A stretch of 18,501 nucleotides of DNA. Origin: an uncultured Gemmatimonadota bacterium (GTDB lineage Bacteria > SM23-81 > DAOVCL01). Shown one piece after another: positions 8,929-15,992 of the stretch (positions are counted from its first letter, which is position 1; every line of letters begins with the position of its first letter). Made by a program: the position numbers and the translations under genes. The notes under the pieces were generated by a model. It worked only from the letters and a program-made list of their open reading frames with translations. It was not told the origin of the DNA and made no database searches. The stretch covers positions 4,818 to 23,318 of the forward strand of contig CAZVGK010000039.1 in the NCBI GenBank assembly GCA_964626665.1, given 5' to 3'.

Positions 8929-8957
8929 AATATAACCCATCGATTATGGCTTGTCAA
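8929..8957 (-). promoter_or_regulatory. Sigma70-type promoter for the DUF3160 operon
   Basis: Minus strand TTGACA (8957-8952), 17-nt spacer, TATATT (8934-8929). Confidence 0.7.
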
Positions 8958-8993
8958 GTCCTTTTCTTCGGTTTGTTTTTCTCCAAAAAAAAC

Positions 8994-9022
8994 TTGACTT
9001 TGGGAGTTGAGATTGTTATATT
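8994..9022 (+). promoter_or_regulatory. Sigma70-type promoter (extended -10) for the small-protein/activator operon
   Basis: TTGACT (8994-8999), 17-nt spacer ending TGT, TATATT (9017-9022). Confidence 0.65.
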
Positions 9023-9082
9023 TTGTTATAATTTGAAAAGGCCATTTTAGGGGAGAGGCATCCCCCCTCCGTGAGGTGATGA

Positions 9083-9418
9083 ATGATGAAAAAGTTGGGT
9101 ATTATCTTATTGACCATAGTCTTCCTTCTTTCCATAGTTAGCCTTCTGCCGGTGAAGAAGGTATCTGCCAGCGAAGGGCCAGAGGAATGTCTGCTTATGG
9201 CCGCCTGGCCGTGGGACGAGTATTATCATGGTAATAAAGGAGGTTCCTCTAACAATTCAGGAGATTCTTATGTTCCCACTCAGAATCGGGAGGTTATTCA
9301 AAGGAGTTCCACTATATCTGATCAATCAGGAGAGGTGAAGAAGATCAGGAACTATCCTTGGTATAAAAACTGGATTTGGAAGGTTGGCTTTTATCTACGG
9401 GTTTTCATCAATAAGTGA
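9083..9418 (+). CDS. Small secreted protein, candidate signalling pro-peptide
   Basis: GAGGTG RBS; signal peptide MMKKLGIILLTIVFLLSIVSLLPVKKVSA; core AWPWDEYYH; Ser/Gly/Asn-rich linker; aromatic amphipathic C-terminus YPWYKNWIWKVGFYLRVF. Ends 20 nt before the activator gene. Confidence 0.8.
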   Translation: MMKKLGIILLTIVFLLSIVSLLPVKKVSASEGPEECLLMAAWPWDEYYHGNKGGSSNNSGDSYVPTQNREVIQRSSTISDQSGEVKKIRNYPWYKNWIWKVGFYLRVFINK

Positions 9419-9438
9419 TTCTTTGAGGAGACAAAGCC

Positions 9439-12267
9439 GTGGGTAGCAAAATGCCGAAATTAGACGCTTTAATCAAGGAGATTGAGGTTCTCCTTTACAA
9501 AGAGAAGGGGCTGGACAGGGCGGAGGCAAAGGTTGATGAGGCTACAGAAAAGATAATCACTTCACAATTGCAAGACTCTCCTCAAGCAGCACAGGTATAT
9601 ACTCTGGCAACGGAAGTCAAGATAGAGATTGGTAAATATGTGGAGGCAGAGCCTTATGCATTTAAGGCATTTGAGATTCTGAAGGACTCCGCCGAGAACA
9701 GGCTAAAGGGGAGAGTTCAATGGTGTATAGGAAGGATTTACAAAAACCTGGGTGATATGGATAAAGCCCGTATATACTTAGAGGATTCTCGAAGCACATA
9801 TCGCACCATTGGATACAGGCAGGGTGAATTGGAGGCATTGAATGGTTTAATTCACCTTGATTTTATTGGATCCGAATGGTCATCTGCCAAGAAGAGATTG
9901 AAATATGCTTACCAAATAAATCAGGAGTCAGGCGATCGGCGAGGGATGGCCCTTTGCCTCACAAACCTGGCGACCGTATCTATACTTCTCGGGGAGCATA
10001 GTGCTGCTGAGAAGACCCTCTTGGAGAGCATCAAAATCAAGGAGAAGTTAGGGGATCCGCTTCTTTTGACCCACAGTTGGCTCTCGCTTGCTCGCTTATA
10101 TCTGAGGGAGCGGAGATGGTCGGAGGCCTCTCGGCTCATCCAGAAGGCGAAGAAGGTAAGTGAGGAACATACCCTTTCACGCGAGTTGGCGATGAGCCTG
10201 GAGAGTGAAGGGGAGTTATACTTTGAGCGGAAAGAATATGTCAAGGCCGAGAAGAGTTATCTGGATGGTTTGAGGGTAGGGGAGCGGATATCTCCTGAAG
10301 GGGATGTCGTCGCAGAGCTGTGTCGCAAGCTTGCTGATTTGTATTCAGCTACAAAGGAGCCTGATAAGGCGATTGAATACGGCCATAGGGCTCTGGAGGT
10401 CTCAACCAAGCTTGGAGACAGATTCGAACAGGGGTGCTGTCATCGGGCGTTGGCTGTGGCTTATGGTTTAAAAGGTCTAAAGGATAAAGCCCAAGAGAAG
10501 TTTGCTAAATCTGTCTCCATTTTCAAGTCAATTGGGGAGCGGTTTGAATTGGCTTATAGTCTTCTGACAAATGGAGAGTTGAGCGGGAGGGTTGGTCTGC
10601 TTAGGGAGGCTTATGCCCTTTTTTCTCAGATTGAAGGCGCTGTTTTTTATAAGGCGCTTGCCGAACTCCAGTTGGCTAAGGTTGACCCTTCTCTTAAGGC
10701 TGAAATCCAATATCTACGAGAGGCTGAGGATATATTTCGAGCTAAGGGGGAAGCCGAGAAGCTCAAGGAGGTTGAGGTCATAAAGGCTGAGCTTAATAGG
10801 AGGCTAACTCAGCCTACAACCAAGAAGTATGAGGTCTTAAAAGGCCTGGCCTCACCGGAATTGGGGGAGGTATTTGAGGGGGTGGTGAGGGAGCTTAAGG
10901 CAACCAGGGGATTTGTTGCTTATCGGAGGGATGCCAGCAATGGGGAAATGAAAGTAGAGAGGAGCCACAATCTCACTGAGGAAGAGGCGAGGAAACTTCT
11001 CTCCCTGTTGACCGATAACAACGGTTTTCAGCCAGGGGAGCCTTTCATCCTCTATGACACCGAGTTGGACAATCGTTTTTCCTCTTTGGGAGCAGGTAGC
11101 GTAATGATCACCCCTTTTTCCAGTAAGACCGAAGGGAGAATAGACGGTTTCCTGTATGTGGATCGGCAAAAGCAAAAGCAAAAGGATGGGGAACCGTTCT
11201 TAGACAAGGAATATGACCTCTTCTACTATCTCTCAGAGAGGGTGGGCAAGGCGATTTCGGAAAAGAGACAGGGGGAGTTGGAAGAGGAGTTGAGTGAGTT
11301 AAAGAGGAGTATGAAGGGATCAGGGGTGCTCACCCATAATCCTCAGATGTTGAAGATATTGAAACTGATAGAGTTAGCCCAAGGTTGTGATGCGCCCACC
11401 CTCTTGACTGGGGAGACAGGCACCGGAAAGGACTTCATCGCCCGGATTATCCATCAGGGGAGTGCCAGGAAGGATGCGGGCTTTGTGGAGATACACTGCG
11501 GGGCAATTCCCAAAGACCTGGTGGAGTCAGAACTATTTGGTTATGAAAAAGGTGCCTTTACCGGGGCTGTCTCTCGCAAGCTGGGACGGCTTGAGCTTGC
11601 AGAGGGAGGAACCCTCTTCCTCAATGAGCTAGGAGAACTGTCAGAATCTACCCAGGTGAAGCTGTTGAGATTTTTGGACACCACCGAGTTGGAGAGGGTA
11701 GGGGGTAACAGAACCATAAGGGTAAACACGAGGGTAATAGCGGCTACCAACAAGGATTTAAAGGTAGAGGTGGAAAATGGGACATTTCGGAAGGACCTCT
11801 ACTACAGGTTGAATGTGCTATGTGTGGAATTACCTCCATTAAGGGAACGGAAAGAGGATATACCCCCTTTGGCCCATCATTTTATAAAACTTTATGGAGA
11901 CAAATATGGGAAGAAGGTCCAAGGGATGGCTCCCGGAGTCCTCCAGGCAATGATGGAGTATGACTGGCCGGGGAACATAAGGGAGTTGGAGAATATGATT
12001 GGGACGATGGTAATAGCAACCAGGGAGGGGGAAGAGATTAGCGTAGGGCTATTGCCAAAGCAGGTTAAAAAAATGCTTCAGCCGGAAGAGGGAGATGCTC
12101 CTACGCTGCCCAGCAAACTCGCCTCTGTTGAAAAAGAAGCCATTTGGGATGCCTTAGAGCGGACTAATGGAATAAAGACAAAGGCAGCCCAAATCTTAGG
12201 AATACATGAGGCTACGCTACGGGGCAAGATAAAGAAATACAAGTTAGAGAAAGTAATGGACAATTAG
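9439..12267 (+). CDS. Sigma54-dependent enhancer-binding protein: TPR array, GAF-like domain, AAA+ domain, Fis-type HTH
   Basis: GAGGAG RBS and GTG start; ~450 aa of TPR-like helical repeats (e.g. IGRIYKNLGDMDKARIYLEDS); GAF-like segment (GSVMITPF...IDGFLYVD); Walker A GETGTGKD, ESELFGYEKGAFTGA, FRKDLYYRLN, WPGNIRELEN; HTH ALERTNGIKTKAAQILGIHEATLRGKIKKY. No receiver domain. Confidence 0.95.
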   Translation: MGSKMPKLDALIKEIEVLLYKEKGLDRAEAKVDEATEKIITSQLQDSPQAAQVYTLATEVKIEIGKYVEAEPYAFKAFEILKDSAENRLKGRVQWCIGRIYKNLGDMDKARIYLEDSRSTYRTIGYRQGELEALNGLIHLDFIGSEWSSAKKRLKYAYQINQESGDRRGMALCLTNLATVSILLGEHSAAEKTLLESIKIKEKLGDPLLLTHSWLSLARLYLRERRWSEASRLIQKAKKVSEEHTLSRELAMSLESEGELYFERKEYVKAEKSYLDGLRVGERISPEGDVVAELCRKLADLYSATKEPDKAIEYGHRALEVSTKLGDRFEQGCCHRALAVAYGLKGLKDKAQEKFAKSVSIFKSIGERFELAYSLLTNGELSGRVGLLREAYALFSQIEGAVFYKALAELQLAKVDPSLKAEIQYLREAEDIFRAKGEAEKLKEVEVIKAELNRRLTQPTTKKYEVLKGLASPELGEVFEGVVRELKATRGFVAYRRDASNGEMKVERSHNLTEEEARKLLSLLTDNNGFQPGEPFILYDTELDNRFSSLGAGSVMITPFSSKTEGRIDGFLYVDRQKQKQKDGEPFLDKEYDLFYYLSERVGKAISEKRQGELEEELSELKRSMKGSGVLTHNPQMLKILKLIELAQGCDAPTLLTGETGTGKDFIARIIHQGSARKDAGFVEIHCGAIPKDLVESELFGYEKGAFTGAVSRKLGRLELAEGGTLFLNELGELSESTQVKLLRFLDTTELERVGGNRTIRVNTRVIAATNKDLKVEVENGTFRKDLYYRLNVLCVELPPLRERKEDIPPLAHHFIKLYGDKYGKKVQGMAPGVLQAMMEYDWPGNIRELENMIGTMVIATREGEEISVGLLPKQVKKMLQPEEGDAPTLPSKLASVEKEAIWDALERTNGIKTKAAQILGIHEATLRGKIKKYKLEKVMDN

Positions 12268-12306
12268 AAGTAAAATCTACTACGCTGAACAGCAATTCAG
12301 ACACTG

Positions 12307-12336
12307 ACCACTTGAGAAAGCTCAAGTGGTTTTTTT
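12307..12336 (+). terminator. Intrinsic terminator of the activator operon
   Basis: ACCACTTGAG-AAAG-CTCAAGTGGT followed by a T tract. Confidence 0.9.
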
Positions 12337-12370
12337 ATTCCCCAGGGTTGAGTTATTGGGTTCAACATCT

Positions 12371-12474
12371 TCGTATTTTTCCACGGATTTGTCGTTTATA
12401 TCCACGGCTATCTAAGTTTCAGGGGAAAAAGCAATTACAGTAAATTTAGATTTTTGTGTCGTGATAATCTACGA
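12371..12474. promoter_or_regulatory. Three putative upstream activator sequences (TCGT-N8-ACG)
   Basis: TCGTatttttccACGG (12371-12386), TCGTttatatccACGG (12392-12407, 21 bp later) and TCGTgataatctACGA (12459-12474), about 120-220 bp upstream of the predicted sigma54 start site. Confidence 0.65.
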
Positions 12475-12566
12475 ATTCTGCTAAACTCCAAAAATGGAGA
12501 CATTTGCTAGCAGATATAACTCCAATAAAAATAACCACTTAAAATTTTCGGTTTTGATAACATAAC

Positions 12567-12582
12567 TGGCACAGAATTTGCT
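12567..12582 (+). promoter_or_regulatory. Sigma54 (-24/-12) promoter
   Basis: TGGCAC-AGAAT-TTGCT matches TGGCAC-N5-TTGCW exactly; it follows a sigma54 activator gene and an AT-rich spacer. Predicted start site about 12593. Confidence 0.88.
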
Positions 12583-12592
12583 AAGGTTATAA

Positions 12593-12880
12593 GTATAGAT
12601 GTCTCCGCGTCCGTGGCTTGAAAGGCAGTCAAGAAAGAAGCCGGTGCTGCTTTGTTTGAGGACTCTGGAATTCTACGAATCACAGAGTCCTCCATCAAGG
12701 GGTTTGGGGGAAAGGATGTGCTTTCCCCCAAGGAGTAACAGGATTACGGTGTGAGCTGGCAGAGCACCGTAATCCGCCATAGGGGCGATAGCCCCTTGGA
12801 AGTTTGTGAACGAAGTGAACAAACTTTGCTTGGTGGTTGGAGGCAGCATTTGGGGGAACAAAATTAGCGGAGATGCCCCG
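12593..12880 (+). ncRNA. Candidate sigma54-dependent structured non-coding RNA (~280 nt, family not recognised)
   Basis: Nested stems 12600-12608/12867-12875, 12643-12652/12841-12850 and 12692-12699/12829-12836, plus local hairpins 12658-12692, 12704-12731, 12741-12775, 12781-12796 and 12800-12826. No RBS-led ORF. Confidence 0.55.
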
Positions 12881-12917
12881 CAGGCTCTCCCTTGCCTGCC
12901 ACCCCTGCCAAGAAGGA

Positions 12918-12951
12918 ACACGAATCACACGAATAGACGAATTTGCACGAA
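12918..12951. repeat. Degenerate short tandem repeat with ACGAA core, 4 copies
   Basis: ACACGAAT-C-ACACGAAT-A-GACGAAT-TT-GCACGAA. Confidence 0.6.
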
Positions 12952-12970
12952 GAGATAGAAAGATCACATC

Positions 12971-13033
12971 GAGGTGGCACAACCCCGATTTTGCCACCTA
13001 CCTTTGCCGTAAGAATCGGGGTTCTGATGGCTC
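12971..13033. repeat. REP doublet (REPIN-like), copy 1
   Basis: GAGGTGGCACAACCCCGATTTTGCCACCT followed by the inverted partner GCCGTAAGAATCGGGGTTCTGATGGCTC. Confidence 0.7.
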
Positions 13034-13381
13034 GGTGGGGGTACTGTCAGCTAAGGGCACCTACCAGCTCAGACTAAATTTCTATTTTCTTAGGGTTCCT
13101 GCCCTACCAGCAGGGGAAAGTTTCATTTTTAATTCTCAATTTTTAATTGCTTTTTTCAGTGAGGTTCCGTGGTGAATTGTCACCAGGAGGCAAGCGAAGG
13201 CAGGGTAGAGGTGACCCGATAGTCTCCTTATGGTGCCAGAGGGGGAGGACTATTGATAAGGAGGGGTGCCCTCGGATGAGCTTGGTCACGCAGAATTCCG
13301 GTTTGCCACTCGCATTGTCTCAACAACCTGGCGGGTCTCATCAGGGGTCTGGGGCCCGCCAGGACTCCTATCACCTTTAAC

Positions 13382-13442
13382 GAGGTGGCAGAACCCCGAT
13401 TCTGCCACCAGGATTGCGTCAGAACAGGGGTTCTGACGCCTC
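13382..13442. repeat. REP doublet (REPIN-like), copy 2
   Basis: GAGGTGGCAGAACCCCGATTCTGCCACC followed by GCGTCAGAACAGGGGTTCTGACGCCTC; clearly homologous to 12971-13033. Confidence 0.75.
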
Positions 13443-13479
13443 TGATCGAGACCTTCCACCATAGGAGAAGCGTCAGGTT

Positions 13480-13647
13480 ATGGAATCCGACTATAAAAAA
13501 CCGAAGCCAAAAATGAGCCTGGAGCTTGACCAGGGAAAACCTCAAGAGAAGAAGAGCCTCTGGCAGAAGATTAAAGAATTCTTCGCTCAGGAACCCGAAG
13601 AACAAGGTGCAGAATACTGGAGGAACAGAGACCCAAGTGACTGGTAA
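13480..13647 (+). CDS. Small hypothetical protein, 55 aa (not in the ORF track)
   Basis: MESDYKKPKPKMSLELDQGKPQEKKSLWQKIKEFFAQEPEEQGAEYWRNRDPSDW*; AGGAG at 13463-13467; purine-rich coding-like composition; amphipathic SLWQKIKEFF segment. Confidence 0.6.
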   Translation: MESDYKKPKPKMSLELDQGKPQEKKSLWQKIKEFFAQEPEEQGAEYWRNRDPSDW

Positions 13648-13667
13648 GGGAATCTGCTATAAATTCC

Positions 13668-13696
13668 TTGACTTGGGAGGTTGAGAGGGGTATAAA
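13668..13696 (+). promoter_or_regulatory. Sigma70-type promoter upstream of the secreted-protein cluster
   Basis: TTGACT (13668-13673), 17-nt spacer, TATAAA (13691-13696). Confidence 0.6.
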
Positions 13697-13841
13697 TTTG
13701 TGAGGCACATTTTACCAAGGGGGTGCAATGAAGGAACAGATAAGATTTTTGGCGTTAGTGCTCGTATGGGGGCATAGGAGAACAAAGCCACATATACCAG
13801 TTTTGCCCCAGGAGAAATTTAGTTAAAACAAGGAGGGAGAA

Positions 13842-15992
13842 ATGCGTAAGATCAGTATAGGATTTGTATTCTTGGCAATTATCCTGGCCGCTATTCCCCT
13901 ATATGCCTCAGGTGCGGGGGACTACAAGCTTGGGTTGACCTCGGTAAATCATGGAGAGGCTGAGCTTATTGATGATACTGGTTTGAGGCATCACATAGTC
14001 TCAACTAATGGTCTGGTCATTGATACTATGACCTGGTGTAATGGTATCCCTTTTGCTGATTTGAGCCAATACCTGTGCCCTTATGACAGCATGGTGAATT
14101 GGTTCAGGCCTCTTGCCCCTTGTTCCCTGTATGAAGTTGGCGGTATGTTTGCCAGCTCAGGGACTGCAAAGCTCTTTGTCTGTAGGTATGGGTACTTCTC
14201 CAGTGATTTCTCCTTCCCCTGGCCAGTAACCGATAATGAGTTGCCTGGCCCAGCCGAGTGGGATATCTCTGGAACTGGTGGCTGGGAGGAGAAGGACTTC
14301 AGGGAATATCCTTCGGATCAAGGATTCATCTTACAATTCCCAGGGGACAGCCTCTTCGCGGTAGGCTTTGGGTCCGACAGTGAGGCAAAGCCTCATATTT
14401 TTTATGACGATTATAGCCTGCATCCTGCGATCTATCCTGACGAAAATGGTGTATTCCATTGTACCCAACATTGGCGAATCACGTGGTGTCATGATGGCCA
14501 TTGGCAGTGGAATTTGAGACATCCATGTGAGCCCCCACCCCCTTGTATTTGGTGTCCTGAGCTCAATATGAGGGCGGTTGTCAACTATTATCAGGGTGTT
14601 CCCCCCTTCTTACAGGTTCTGTGGCAGAGGAATAATACCTGGTTGAGGGAGAATATCAAGATAACTGCCTTGCTGTTCGATTTTGATGGCTGGATTGCTG
14701 AGGCTACCCTTCATTATACGGTCAATGGTTCAGGGGACACATCTGAGGTCCCTATGAGCATAGAGGCGGAAGAAGGAAACAGATTTCTTGCTGCCGGTTA
14801 TCTTCCAGGTCAATTTTCCTCGGGTGATACTATAACCTACTGGTGTACCTGTGTGGACAACGATGGCAAGCCCAACAAATGGGTGGGAGATGCGGTTAAA
14901 TCCTTTGTCATTAAGAAGCCGCAGAACCCTGGGGCACAGATACTACTCGTAGGGGACGGGAATGTTAGCAAGCAGAGGGCCAGATACTATGAGAATCTGT
15001 TGGACAGGTTGGGCTACTCCTATGAACCCACCTGGTTTGCTGAGGAGAATTATGGGATAGACAGCTCAGTTGTTCTCCATACCTATGAGGGAATGGGATG
15101 GGATGCTATAATCTGGTTTGGATGGGGGTGTGGGAGCCTCCCTCGGCCGGATGGTTTGGAGGCTGACCATCCACTTATCAGGTATCTGGATAGTGGAGGG
15201 AGGCTTTTTCTTGCTGATCAGGACTATTTCTGGAAGAAGGGTATAGAAACTGGGGTTGAGATCAGCTTTGAGCCTGGAGACTTTGCCTATGACTATCTAG
15301 GGGTTCAATCCTGTATCAGCGATCCCAATATGCAGGATACCATCAGCCTTGGGGATACGATATTCTATGGGGTAGATGCTGATGACCCCATATCTGGGAA
15401 TTTCTATGAGACCGCTGTAGAGTTACATCCGAGATGTGTTGGGGTTGCCAATTGGGCTGACTATACTGAGGCTACAGCCCAGGGTGTGAACATCTTCAAG
15501 GGAGGAAAAAGCGAAGAATACAGTGGTACTAGGTTAGAGGGTGCCGAAGGGTTCAGGACTGTTTTTCTGCCCTGGTGTTTTGAGGCAATTGTCGACTGTG
15601 CGGATACCAACATCCTCACCCTCCAGGCGGATACGCTAATGTTGAATATTCTGAATGATTGGTTTGAGCTGGAAGGTATGCAGAGAATTGAGGCGGGGGT
15701 TGTGCCTCGTTCTTTTTCCTTATCTCAAAACCATCCCAATCCGTTCAATTCTAATACAGCTATCAGCTATCAGTTGTCAGCGATCAGGCCGCACCGCACC
15801 ACCCTAAAAATCTACAATATATTAGGAGAGGAGGTGATAACCTTAGTTGACCAGGAGCAAAGGGTGGGGAGGTATGAGGTGGTCTGGGATGGAAGAAACA
15901 ACCAGGGAAAGGAGGTGACCAGTGGCGTATATCTTTACCGGCTAAAGGCCGGCGAATTTACCGCAGCAAGGAAGATGGTTTTGTTAAGGTAG
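13842..15992 (+). CDS. Secreted multidomain protein with FlgD-Ig/T9SS-type C-terminal domain
   Basis: AGGAGG RBS; signal peptide; Cys/Trp-rich N-terminal domain; Ig-like segment; alpha/beta domain (ILLVGDG...DAIIWFG...LIRYLDSGGRLFLADQD); C-terminal FSLSQNHPNPFN...KIYNILGEEVITLVD...VWDGRNNQGKEVTSGVYLYRLKAGEFTAARKMVLLR. Confidence 0.9.
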   Translation: MRKISIGFVFLAIILAAIPLYASGAGDYKLGLTSVNHGEAELIDDTGLRHHIVSTNGLVIDTMTWCNGIPFADLSQYLCPYDSMVNWFRPLAPCSLYEVGGMFASSGTAKLFVCRYGYFSSDFSFPWPVTDNELPGPAEWDISGTGGWEEKDFREYPSDQGFILQFPGDSLFAVGFGSDSEAKPHIFYDDYSLHPAIYPDENGVFHCTQHWRITWCHDGHWQWNLRHPCEPPPPCIWCPELNMRAVVNYYQGVPPFLQVLWQRNNTWLRENIKITALLFDFDGWIAEATLHYTVNGSGDTSEVPMSIEAEEGNRFLAAGYLPGQFSSGDTITYWCTCVDNDGKPNKWVGDAVKSFVIKKPQNPGAQILLVGDGNVSKQRARYYENLLDRLGYSYEPTWFAEENYGIDSSVVLHTYEGMGWDAIIWFGWGCGSLPRPDGLEADHPLIRYLDSGGRLFLADQDYFWKKGIETGVEISFEPGDFAYDYLGVQSCISDPNMQDTISLGDTIFYGVDADDPISGNFYETAVELHPRCVGVANWADYTEATAQGVNIFKGGKSEEYSGTRLEGAEGFRTVFLPWCFEAIVDCADTNILTLQADTLMLNILNDWFELEGMQRIEAGVVPRSFSLSQNHPNPFNSNTAISYQLSAIRPHRTTLKIYNILGEEVITLVDQEQRVGRYEVVWDGRNNQGKEVTSGVYLYRLKAGEFTAARKMVLLR

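Noticed and set aside
9921-12263. Short ORFs inside the sigma54 activator gene
   Set aside because: Antisense or alternate-frame shadows of a clear 942-aa gene.
12546-12559. IHF site between the enhancer sites and the sigma54 promoter
   Set aside because: Minus strand TATCAA is present but the TTR part of WATCAA-N4-TTR is not matched.
12971-13442. Possible CRISPR array from the repeated palindromes
   Set aside because: Only two doublets 411 bp apart in inverted arrangement; no regular spacers and no cas genes.
12507-13605. ORF-track entries in the post-activator region (74, 82, 100, 112, 77 and 125 aa) and a 51-codon ORF from 12599
   Set aside because: They run through palindromes and REP units, lack convincing RBSs and have non-protein-like composition; the 125-aa minus ORF is antisense to the 55-aa ORF.
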